The translations under genes and the position numbers were made by a program. A model generated the notes under the pieces. That model was not told the origin of the DNA. It did not search any database and worked only from the letters and a program-made list of their open reading frames with translations. This document shows positions 51,179 to 59,560 of a DNA stretch of 64,000 nucleotides, in pieces. How positions within the stretch are numbered: position 1 is the stretch's first letter; each line of letters starts with the position of its first letter. Origin of the DNA: an uncultured Nitrospina sp. (GTDB taxonomy: Bacteria > Nitrospinota > Nitrospinia > Nitrospinales > VA-1); contig CALAGQ010000047.1 of the NCBI GenBank assembly GCA_937891765.1, positions 16,580-80,579 on the forward strand. The letters are read 5' to 3'.

Positions 51179-51730
51179 ATGAAACCAGAAAATTTTGTTT
51201 TATACAGTGGTGGTGCTCAGGGTGCGGAGACCGAGTTCGGTAAACAGGCGGAGAAGACGGGTGTGCAGGAAGTGACCCTGACTTTTGAGGGCCATAAAAT
51301 TTTCCGGGAACGTGGGGTGAGGGTATTGACCACCGATGAGCTACTGAAAGGCGATGTGAGTCTGGCTTATATTGCCAAGTTGATGAATCGCAAATTTAAT
51401 ACCGGCAAGTTATTCAAAAAAGTTCTGCAGAGTATCTGGCATCAGATCAATTGCGCCGAAGAGGTGTTTGTGGTGGGTAAAATTCTCGATGACAATACCG
51501 TCAAGGGCGGTACCGGTTGGGGCGCGGAATTCAGCAAGCTGTGTAACAAGACTCTACATGTTTTTGATCAGGAGCAAGACTCATGGTTCAAGTGGAGTAC
51601 AGATTCCTGGAAAAAAGAAAAACAGCCTAAAATAAAATGCAAAAACTTTGCCGGAACCGGGACCCGGTTTTTGAATGGGAATGGTAAAAAAGCTATCAAA
51701 GATTTGTTCGACGCCTCCTTCAAAAAATAA
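51179..51730 (+). CDS. Conserved hypothetical protein, possibly SLOG (DprA/YspA-like) fold
   Basis: LYSGGAQGAE..FG, GGTGWG, FAGTGTR; ATG at 51179. Confidence 0.65.
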   Translation: MKPENFVLYSGGAQGAETEFGKQAEKTGVQEVTLTFEGHKIFRERGVRVLTTDELLKGDVSLAYIAKLMNRKFNTGKLFKKVLQSIWHQINCAEEVFVVGKILDDNTVKGGTGWGAEFSKLCNKTLHVFDQEQDSWFKWSTDSWKKEKQPKIKCKNFAGTGTRFLNGNGKKAIKDLFDASFKK

Positions 51731-51736
51731 ATCACA

Positions 51737-52942
51737 TTGAAATCTCTCCGTGTCGCTTATTTTGATTGTTATTCCGGTATCAGCGGTGACATGATTCTGG
51801 GAGCCTTGATCGATCTGGGAGTGGATCCTGCAAAAGTCCGCAAGGCCCTCGTGACTCTTGATCTTAAGGGATACAAATTCCAAACTCGAAAGGTTCAGCG
51901 CGGCCTGATCTCAGGCACCAAGGCCCAGGTCAACGTAGAAAAGCACCCCCACCAAAAGGCCCGGAAATATTCTGACATTAAAAAATTGCTTGCCAACTCG
52001 GACCTGTCTGCGACTTCAAAAAAAAACGCCCAGGAAATTTTTAGACGTATTGCCCAAGTGGAAGCGGCGGTCCATAAAACAACCATAGAGAAAATTCACT
52101 TCCATGAAGTTGGGGCGGTGGATTCGATTGTGGATATTGTTGGCGGCGTGGTCGCCATTGAATCTTTAAAGCTTGACAGGGTTTATGCCTCGCCCCTCAA
52201 TGTCGGTGAAGGGTTTGTTCAATGCGCTCATGGGTACCTGCCTGTTCCCGCTCCCGCTACGTTGAAACTTCTGAAGGGGATTCCTATTTTCTCCAGCGGG
52301 ATTAAAAAAGAGCTGACCACGCCTACAGGTGCGGCCATGATCGGCTTTTATGCCGATCATTTCGGAACCCTTCCCGCTATGAAAATCATCGATGATGGCT
52401 ATGGGGCAGGGGACCACATTATTCCGGAGATGCCCAATATGCTCAGGGTTATTTTGGGCGATATGTGTGAGGAGCCGGGTGAGGAGCTTGTGATGATCGA
52501 AACCAATATTGATGACATGAATCCGGAACTTTATGAAGAGGCCATAGACTCTTTATTTAAAGCAGGGGCATTGGATGTTTTTTTGAGTCCGATCATCATG
52601 AAGAAGGGTCGCCCCGCCAACAAAATTTCGGTTCTCTCGAGCGAGAGTGATAGACAGGCCTTGAGCGAAATACTGCTGCAGGAAACGTCGAGCTTTGGAG
52701 TTCGTTATTACAAGGTTGGAAGGACGGTTTTAGAGCGTGAAATGAAAACCGTTAAGACCTCATGGGGTCCCATCAAAATAAAAATTGGTAAATTAAATGG
52801 AAAGGTCGTGCAAGCCTCTCCCGAGTACGAAGATTGCAAAAGACTGTCTATTAAAGAAAAAATCTCTGTTGTTATTGTCTATAATGAAGTCCACTGCCAG
52901 GCAAGAAAGCTAATTTCCTGGCCAAAATTATCCCTCAAGTAA
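51737..52942 (+). CDS. larC: Nickel insertase LarC (full length, single frame)
   Basis: FDCYSGISGDMILGAL, HFHEVGAVDSIVDIVG, HGYLPVPAPAT, TPTGAA, ETNIDD, MKKGRP, PEYEDC. Confidence 0.95.
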   Translation: MKSLRVAYFDCYSGISGDMILGALIDLGVDPAKVRKALVTLDLKGYKFQTRKVQRGLISGTKAQVNVEKHPHQKARKYSDIKKLLANSDLSATSKKNAQEIFRRIAQVEAAVHKTTIEKIHFHEVGAVDSIVDIVGGVVAIESLKLDRVYASPLNVGEGFVQCAHGYLPVPAPATLKLLKGIPIFSSGIKKELTTPTGAAMIGFYADHFGTLPAMKIIDDGYGAGDHIIPEMPNMLRVILGDMCEEPGEELVMIETNIDDMNPELYEEAIDSLFKAGALDVFLSPIIMKKGRPANKISVLSSESDRQALSEILLQETSSFGVRYYKVGRTVLEREMKTVKTSWGPIKIKIGKLNGKVVQASPEYEDCKRLSIKEKISVVIVYNEVHCQARKLISWPKLSLK

Positions 52943-52995
52943 TAATATAAACCTTAACTGGTCAGCAAGTTTAAAGTTTAAGAAGATTAACTTTT

Positions 52996-54231
52996 TTAGA
53001 ATGCCAGCACGATCCCAAGTACCCCGGTATGGGTCTTTTCAGGCCTCGGGGTGCTGGTTTCTTCCAGATCTGCCGTGACTTCGGCCATGAGCTTGAAGTT
53101 TCTGGCCAGCCAGTAGGAAAAGTTTATCGTGAAGGTGCTGGCATCCAGCGCCCGGTTGCCATTAACTTTGACCTTGTTGTAAAGCAGGGATGCAATCCAG
53201 TTATCCATGAAGGGATAGGTGACGCCCAAGAACCCTCCCCATGATTTAATTGTTAGAGAACCTCCTGCAGTGGAAAAACCAGGGTTGGAATCTTCTCCAT
53301 AAAGAACATTTCCCCAAAAAGAGAAGGTGTCGGCGATCATAAATTCAAAGTCAGGGCCGACTCGGAAAAATTCATTTCTTATATTGCCAGAATTTTGTTC
53401 CCGCCCGGAGTAGCCGTAGAAACCTATCTTATCCCCATTAAAATCAAAAGACAGTTTTCCATAAAAGTTTTTAAATTCATCCGAGTCGAAATTGCGATCA
53501 CTGTCGGCAACGCCGATTCCATTGCCATTGGTGACAGCGCCCGCAACTCCCATTCCGATAGAATCGGTCAAATCAAAGTTATAGGACACTTCGACAATGC
53601 GGTCATAAGTGAGGCGAAAATTGCTGTTACTAACAGCTGTTGTGTAATACGTAAAGTCCTGAAAGGTTAACCGCTGCTCGCGGGGAAACAAGATGTCTGA
53701 GGCTTGAAACTGACCAACCCTCATATCCAGATCAACATCTTTATAACCATCGTTAAAAAGAATGAATGCATCTTCGATACCGGTTATGTCTCCGCGCTCA
53801 TCAACGAAGAAATAAAAATAATAACTAATATCTTTCTTAATAGGTGCGCTGGATAAAAGTTTTATCGAAAAAGGAGCTTGAAAGTCGTTGGTGACTTTTT
53901 TGTCACTGCGTGCCCGAAAAAATGTATCGACCCGGATAGCAAGAGGAAGCCGGTCGAGCAGTAGGAGATCTTCATCTCCGGTATCGACCACTTGGTCTTT
54001 AAGGTCCGCACCTGGCAGTTGGTAACCATTACGAATAAAAGCTTCACCAAATCCATTTAGCTTTGGGAATCCAATATGGCAGGTGACACAACTTAGTTTG
54101 TGGCGCCGGGCGAAAGCGGGAATGGCGTGAGCCGATTCAACAGAAATTGTCGAGATTAAAAGAAATGCCGTGAACAAATAAACAAAGCTGAGTACGCTTG
54201 ATGATAGGGGTGGAGAGGATTTGGAATTCAT
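52996..54231 (-). CDS. Cyc2-like outer-membrane monoheme cytochrome c-porin fusion
   Basis: Signal peptide AHA|IPAFARRHKLSCVTCH..FPKLNGFG..F..NGY, then amphipathic beta strands, C-terminal Phe. Confidence 0.8.
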   Translation of the reverse strand: MNSKSSPPLSSSVLSFVYLFTAFLLISTISVESAHAIPAFARRHKLSCVTCHIGFPKLNGFGEAFIRNGYQLPGADLKDQVVDTGDEDLLLLDRLPLAIRVDTFFRARSDKKVTNDFQAPFSIKLLSSAPIKKDISYYFYFFVDERGDITGIEDAFILFNDGYKDVDLDMRVGQFQASDILFPREQRLTFQDFTYYTTAVSNSNFRLTYDRIVEVSYNFDLTDSIGMGVAGAVTNGNGIGVADSDRNFDSDEFKNFYGKLSFDFNGDKIGFYGYSGREQNSGNIRNEFFRVGPDFEFMIADTFSFWGNVLYGEDSNPGFSTAGGSLTIKSWGGFLGVTYPFMDNWIASLLYNKVKVNGNRALDASTFTINFSYWLARNFKLMAEVTADLEETSTPRPEKTHTGVLGIVLAF

Positions 54232-54462
54232 GCATACTCCTTTTTGTTATTTTTAATGTCTCTTAGCACTAGATATACTGAATGGAAAGAATATTCCCGT
54301 TCGTATATTCTTTTTAAAGCAAATTGAGTGCAGAGGGAAATTAAATTGTTAGCAGACTCATGTGTTGGCTGCTAAATGTGCCTCTAAGTGACTTTAAACA
54401 TTGAAATTATTTCATTTTATGCAACTCTGTAGGGGTGCAAATCTTTCTGACGGGAGGTTCTT

Positions 54463-55116
54463 ATGCCAGTTCAATTCACCCAGATTAACTCTTTAGAAAC
54501 GGACACTACGGAGTCTTTTTTTTCGGACCATTTTCTGAGGGCTCGGATCAATGACAACAAGCCTTCAAATAATGATTACGATCCTATTTTTGAGGAAGGA
54601 CGAAGCGAAGGCTGGGTTCAATCGCATGGAAAGGAGATCAAGGAGAATGATCTGAAGTATGAAGAAGATGTCAATCAATACATCAGCTTGGTACTTGCCG
54701 AAATGGTGAACCCAAAATCGACGGTTCTGGCCCGAGAATATCTGGTGGGTACCGATTCCGATGCGGGTCAAATTGCCATTGACCTGAAACTGCAATCACA
54801 GAAATACCAGGTTTTCAGGATCAATGCCGACTTCCTCCTTTTTCACTTGGGGTTGTTCAGTTCGGAGACCAATATTTTGGGTGACAAATATTTTGATAAG
54901 GGAGGGTCGTATTACAACGCCGCGGCCTGTAGTTTGAGGAATGCCCGGGGAGGGCGCTCGGGATTGTCCGATGTATTGGAAAAACTTTCCTTGCAGTTTG
55001 GGAAGTATGTGGAAATTTTAAGATATATGAAAAACCAATCCTCAAACTATTTCAGCTTTCATTTCAAGTTTTCTGAAGAAGAATTAGCCCGGTTTCATAA
55101 ACAACCGCTCCAGTAA
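54463..55116 (+). CDS. Hypothetical protein (helical)
   Basis: RBS gggagg; 217-aa ORF; no function recognised. Confidence 0.75.
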   Translation: MPVQFTQINSLETDTTESFFSDHFLRARINDNKPSNNDYDPIFEEGRSEGWVQSHGKEIKENDLKYEEDVNQYISLVLAEMVNPKSTVLAREYLVGTDSDAGQIAIDLKLQSQKYQVFRINADFLLFHLGLFSSETNILGDKYFDKGGSYYNAAACSLRNARGGRSGLSDVLEKLSLQFGKYVEILRYMKNQSSNYFSFHFKFSEEELARFHKQPLQ

Positions 55117-55250
55117 TTCTTGACGAATATGGGCTGCCAACTCGTAATTTGACTGACAATTGGGGAATAAAGTATTGACAATTATGATCTATAACTCCTA
55201 ATATTACTATTTCAATAGCATTAAAGAGCAATTAAAGACGAATTTTGACC

Positions 55251-55691
55251 ATGTTATTCAAAAGAAATATGTTGATTGCGGTTTTGGTGTGGGCTCTTTT
55301 GGTCACCACCAATGCGTTGGCTCATCCCCATCATCACGGGGATCATCTGAATCAGCATGGGGATCACCAGCATCAGCAAAATTCCGTAGTCTCGCCTTTT
55401 GATGGTCCGAAAGGAGTTCAATCTTTACACTGTCTCCTGAGAGGCCACAGTCATCAGGTATTTTGTCCTCATTTAAAACCTGATAGTGCTCAGAACACCA
55501 ATATTGCCACAGATTGTGGCGGTAAAACTTCAGGCTCGATCCCCAATAGCACATTCTTTAGCAGTGAATTTGCGGAAATAAATTGTCTTTCCCTGATTCC
55601 TCATTCGCCGGGCAAAAAGCTGGCACCTTCAATAGTTCGTCTCTATCATCGTTGTACCGATCCACTAGATCCTCCTCCTCGATTTATCTGA
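55251..55691 (+). CDS. Secreted His/Cys-rich leader protein ending DPPPRFI (DUF2946/CruR/CutF-like architecture)
   Basis: Signal peptide ALA|HPHHHGDH, HC..H.H..CPH, proline-rich C-terminus. Confidence 0.75.
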   Translation: MLFKRNMLIAVLVWALLVTTNALAHPHHHGDHLNQHGDHQHQQNSVVSPFDGPKGVQSLHCLLRGHSHQVFCPHLKPDSAQNTNIATDCGGKTSGSIPNSTFFSSEFAEINCLSLIPHSPGKKLAPSIVRLYHRCTDPLDPPPRFI

Positions 55692-55842
55692 TTATATTCC
55701 CCTGGTTTTAAAACTTCAGGTCGGTGTGTGATCCTTTTTTCAGGGACTATGCGCAATTTGGGTTTTTCTTTTTGCGTGTCCTTGAAATAAGAGAATCCCT
55801 TTTGCTTCCGACCAACTAAAAATAATTGATATTTCGAGGGAG
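55676..55842 (+). promoter_or_regulatory. Nested RNA stem-loop sequestering the Shine-Dalgarno of the downstream barrel gene
   Basis: 55676-55695 pairs with 55822-55840 (15 WC + 2 GU); inner stems ggtcgg/ccgacc, tttcagggac/gtccttgaaa, cgcaa/ttgcg. Confidence 0.7.
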
Positions 55843-55847
55843 CGGCA

Positions 55848-56861
55848 ATGTTGAGTAGTTCTAAAGTAAAAACCATTTATGCAGTATTTTTATCCATTGT
55901 ATGCCTGTTGAGTTTCAATCCAATTGTTGAGGCGGCTTGCGGAGGAGCCAACTGTTCTCTGCTTACAGGATCTCAAGATGGTGTGTTGGGTAAGGACAGG
56001 TTTGTCATGGACTTGTCTTATCGATATGTCCTGTCGGAAAATCCACACCGTGGTTCGGATAGCACAAATCAAGCATTGGTTCCAAAAGTGAATTTTGAAA
56101 CAAGAGCGCTTGAGCTGGGTCATCATAATGAAATAAGAACGATAAACAAGCTCGCCCAGTTCGATATCAGCTATGGTGTGACAGATAAATTAACTCTTTC
56201 GATGAACATGCCCTTTTTCAATGACCGTTATCACGAACATTTTGATGGGATAGAAAATGTCGGAGATACCGGGACATTTAACAATACAGACGGGACAACT
56301 GGGTTTGGTGATGTCACTTTAATTGCTAAATATGCTTTGTGGCAAACAACGAAGCACATGTTTGTCGGTGGAGTCGGGATAAAATTTGCGACAGGAGACT
56401 ATAAATTAAAAGATACGTCCGGGAGTATCAACGAACCCACATTGATGCCGGGTACGGGTTCTTACGATGCAATTCTTTCGGGAATTTATAATTACTCCGC
56501 TATTCCTAATAAGTTAAACATTTTCACATCTGTGTCGCACAGGTTTGCAACAGAAAATGATCTGGATTATCAGTTTGGAGATACCACACTCATTGATGCA
56601 GGCGTCGGTTATGTGCTGACAAAAAAAGTTAGTGTAAGCGGTCAGGTGAATATGAGGATTTCCGGACGGGACCAGTTTATTGATGCAAATGTGCCAAGCA
56701 CAGGTGGCGAATTTATTTTTATTACACCGGGAGTCAGACTTGCTGTGTATGATGATGTTTCTATTTATTCGCATGTTCAGCTACCCATATACCAGAGAGT
56801 CAATGATGTGAACCTGGTAGAGGATTATGGAGTTATGCTGGGCGCTTCCTATAATTTTTAA
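55848..56861 (+). CDS. Outer-membrane beta-barrel transporter (MetA-pathway/SphA-like) with N-terminal CGGANC
   Basis: Signal peptide VEA|ACGGANC, TGFGDV, GIKFATG, PGTGSYD, TPG, QLPIYQ, C-terminal YNF. Confidence 0.8.
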   Translation: MLSSSKVKTIYAVFLSIVCLLSFNPIVEAACGGANCSLLTGSQDGVLGKDRFVMDLSYRYVLSENPHRGSDSTNQALVPKVNFETRALELGHHNEIRTINKLAQFDISYGVTDKLTLSMNMPFFNDRYHEHFDGIENVGDTGTFNNTDGTTGFGDVTLIAKYALWQTTKHMFVGGVGIKFATGDYKLKDTSGSINEPTLMPGTGSYDAILSGIYNYSAIPNKLNIFTSVSHRFATENDLDYQFGDTTLIDAGVGYVLTKKVSVSGQVNMRISGRDQFIDANVPSTGGEFIFITPGVRLAVYDDVSIYSHVQLPIYQRVNDVNLVEDYGVMLGASYNF

Positions 56862-56873
56862 ATTTTTAGAAAT

Positions 56874-57377
56874 ATGCGATTACCTTTAGTCATACTTTTT
56901 AGTTTCTTTTTGTCGGGCATGGCTGGTTCCCCTCCCTTTGTGGGAGGGGAGGCCCCAATGTTTGAATTAAAGACCCTAAATGGTAAGGTCCTTAAGCTGT
57001 CTGATTTAAAGGGTAAAACTGTTGTCCTAAACTTTTGGGCTACATGGTGTGTGCCATGTATTAAAGAAATGTCAGTTTTGAACAATGCATACTCTTCATT
57101 TAAGAACAGAGATGTTGAGATAGTAGCCATTAATTTCGCAGAATCTAGAGAAAAAGTGGAAGAGTTCACATCCGAACATCGTTTGAACTTCCCTGTTTTA
57201 TTGGATAACTATGGTGATACATCACAAGATTATAAAATTAGAGGTCTGCCTGTGACGTATTTCATCACTCCCGACGGTATCGTAGGTGATGAAATAGTGG
57301 GTGGTTTAACCCTGGAACTGATTGAAGAAAAGCTCGATCAATTAGCGCACCTGTTGCAACTCAAAGCGCAATATTGA
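56874..57377 (+). CDS. TlpA/ResA-like thiol-disulfide oxidoreductase
   Basis: AP.F.L, LNFWATWCVPC..EM, GLPVTYFI. Confidence 0.92.
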   Translation: MRLPLVILFSFFLSGMAGSPPFVGGEAPMFELKTLNGKVLKLSDLKGKTVVLNFWATWCVPCIKEMSVLNNAYSSFKNRDVEIVAINFAESREKVEEFTSEHRLNFPVLLDNYGDTSQDYKIRGLPVTYFITPDGIVGDEIVGGLTLELIEEKLDQLAHLLQLKAQY

Positions 57378-57448
57378 GATCTGATTAAAGTGACCGCTGG
57401 CAGGCTGTTGAAAAACCTGATGGTTTGGAAGAAATGAAGGCGGAAAAC

Positions 57449-57724
57449 TTATCGACCCTGTTTGTTCATGTATTCGTCAAAGTGCTTCTGATACATGATG
57501 TCCCATTCTGGCGAGCCTTCACGGGGCGCATTGGCATAGGTGTTTAAGATGCGGCGGGATTCTGCGTCGGCCTTGTCATCAAGCTGGAGAATGTCGGTCA
57601 TCACCCTGGTGATTTCCAGGCGAACGTCATTGAGGTCGACTTTATAATCCAGTTCATCGCGTTTGGCAAAATCCTGAACGATGAGACTGCTGATATGGTT
57701 GATTTTATCTCTGCTGATTTTCAT
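57449..57724 (-). CDS. DUF507 family protein (second paralogue)
   Basis: MKISRDKI.HIS, EGSPEWDIMY.K. Confidence 0.8.
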   Translation of the reverse strand: MKISRDKINHISSLIVQDFAKRDELDYKVDLNDVRLEITRVMTDILQLDDKADAESRRILNTYANAPREGSPEWDIMYQKHFDEYMNKQGR

Positions 57725-57725
57725 A

Positions 57726-58007
57726 TTAAAGAATAATTCCTCGCTCACGTACTAGTTTAGATTTCACCATCTGGAATACCCGCCCGTAATCCATCATATC
57801 TCTTTCGTACTCATCGGTTTTGGATTCTAGCAAGGCCTTCACTTCCTCGTTGAGATGGTCTTCCACCATGAGGTCTTCGGTCATAATTTCATTGATGACG
57901 GATTGCAGTTTTTCCGGGGTTTCTTCCCAGACAATCAGATCTTTGTCGATCAAGGATTTGACAATTTTTTTGGCGAGAAGTTCGGTAAGTTCTTTAGGAA
58001 TACGCAT
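57726..58007 (-). CDS. DUF507 family protein
   Basis: MRIPKE, EDHLNEEVK.LL, F.MVK.KLVRERGIIL. Confidence 0.85.
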   Translation of the reverse strand: MRIPKELTELLAKKIVKSLIDKDLIVWEETPEKLQSVINEIMTEDLMVEDHLNEEVKALLESKTDEYERDMMDYGRVFQMVKSKLVRERGIIL

Positions 58008-58042
58008 TATTTAGACAATCAGATTTTAATTTTATTATAAAG

Positions 58043-58115
58043 AGCGGGAGACGGGATTCGAACCCGCGACATTCAGCTTGGGAAGCTGACACTCTACCAA
58101 CTGAGCTACTCCCGC
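58043..58115 (-). tRNA. tRNA-Gly(CCC), CCA not encoded
   Basis: Reverse strand gcgggag/ctcccgc acceptor stem, anticodon loop ttCCCaa, ggttcgaatcc. Confidence 0.95.
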
Positions 58116-58127
58116 CTGATCGATCAA

Positions 58128-58310
58128 TCAGAGCTTTTCACCCAGAATTAAAAAACAGTTTGTATCGGTCACTTGTATGTCTATGATCGGAATTTTCTGC
58201 TCACGCATCTCGTGAATGACCTTGTTAACCATGATATCAATTGCCGCAGCGCCTTCTTCGGCAATATCAAGGACTCTGACACCTTTGACTATTTGGTTAT
58301 TAAGTGACAT
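58128..58310 (-). CDS. Small hypothetical protein (60 aa)
   Basis: ATG ORF ending 12 nt before tRNA-Gly; beta-alpha-beta-beta-like pattern. Confidence 0.6.
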   Translation of the reverse strand: MSLNNQIVKGVRVLDIAEEGAAAIDIMVNKVIHEMREQKIPIIDIQVTDTNCFLILGEKL

Positions 58311-58691
58311 TCAATTAAAAAATCGACCCGGCTGCCTGCTTGTCCATAGACTATTTCCCCTTGAATTTAAAGGGGAAACAAGTTTTACGTGGTGACCAAA
58401 TTTTTAGGCATTATCCACTATTTGTGGCTTGTAATCAATATTAATTGGGAAATCTGCATAAAAATAGAAACAATTCTTAATATAGAGCGGGTCGTCAACC
58501 ATGTAGACACGCCGGGTTGCAATTTTGAGATTTTTGTTGAAGAAAGGTTATTGAAATTATTCTATCAATTGAGTAAGATGACAAACTAAAATAACTCATG
58601 AAAACACAAAAAGTTGCGGGGACGTGGCGATTTTCCAGGTTCCCACTTTTTGTTTGGATTCTGGCTCAAAAACGCTCCAGCGAGGGAATTT

Positions 58692-59552
58692 GTGGTTAAA
58701 GAAATAGATTTTAAAGAAAAAATACCGATCACCCATCACCTGATAGAGCTTAAAAACCGGTTGATACAGGTGACCATAGTTGTCGCGATATTTTTTGGCG
58801 TCTGCTTTTATTTTGTGGACTTTCTCCTGCTATGGCTGGAAGACCCTCTGCCCAAACAATATAACGACCTTACTTTTATAACCCCTACGGAACCCTTTTT
58901 TACTGCGATGAAGGTCTCCTTCATGGGGTCCATGTTCATTTCCATGCCATGGATTTTATATCATATCTGGGGGTTCATCGCTCCCGGTTTGAAGGTTAAG
59001 GAAAAAAAGATCACCGCACTATTTGTTACCTTCGGAACATTGTTCTTCCTCTTCGGTGGATTGTTTTGTTATTTCCTGGTCGTTCCTCTGGGATTGAAGT
59101 TCCTACTGAATTACGGCACGACCTGGTGGAAAATGCAGGTCACCATTGGTTTTTATTTCTCCTTTGTGGTGAAGATGATTTTGGCTTTTGCCTTTGCGTT
59201 TCAAACCCCTCTCATCATGGTCTTGTTGACCAAGTTCGGGGTGGTCAATACCATCAAGATGAAGCTCTACCGCAAATGGGCATTTCTAGGTACGTTTGCT
59301 CTGGCCGCAGTTTTAACCCCACCTGACATTATCACCCAGGTGTTATTGGCTTTCCCGCTTTATGGTTTGTATGAGTTTGGTGTGATTGTGTCCCGGTTCT
59401 TCGAGGACCCCAAAAATCGGGAGCTGGCATTCAAGCAAATGAAAGCGGAGGCGGCTGCAAGGAACGCTGCCAAAGAAGCGGCTCAAAGGGCGGCGGCGGC
59501 CAGTAAGGCAGCCAGTAAGGGAGCCACGAAGAAAACCGGCAAAGCTTCCTGA
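58692..59552 (+). CDS. tatC: Twin-arginine translocase subunit TatC
   Basis: HLIELKNRL, PTEPF, W.FIAPGL..E, FQTP, AAVLTPPD..TQ, LYEFG; A/K-rich tail. Confidence 0.95.
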   Translation: MVKEIDFKEKIPITHHLIELKNRLIQVTIVVAIFFGVCFYFVDFLLLWLEDPLPKQYNDLTFITPTEPFFTAMKVSFMGSMFISMPWILYHIWGFIAPGLKVKEKKITALFVTFGTLFFLFGGLFCYFLVVPLGLKFLLNYGTTWWKMQVTIGFYFSFVVKMILAFAFAFQTPLIMVLLTKFGVVNTIKMKLYRKWAFLGTFALAAVLTPPDIITQVLLAFPLYGLYEFGVIVSRFFEDPKNRELAFKQMKAEAAARNAAKEAAQRAAAASKAASKGATKKTGKAS

Positions 59553-59560
59553 TCTTCCGA

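Noticed and set aside
58614..58691. TTG-started extension of tatC
   Set aside because: GTG at 58692 has an RBS (gaggga) and gives a normal TatC N-terminus
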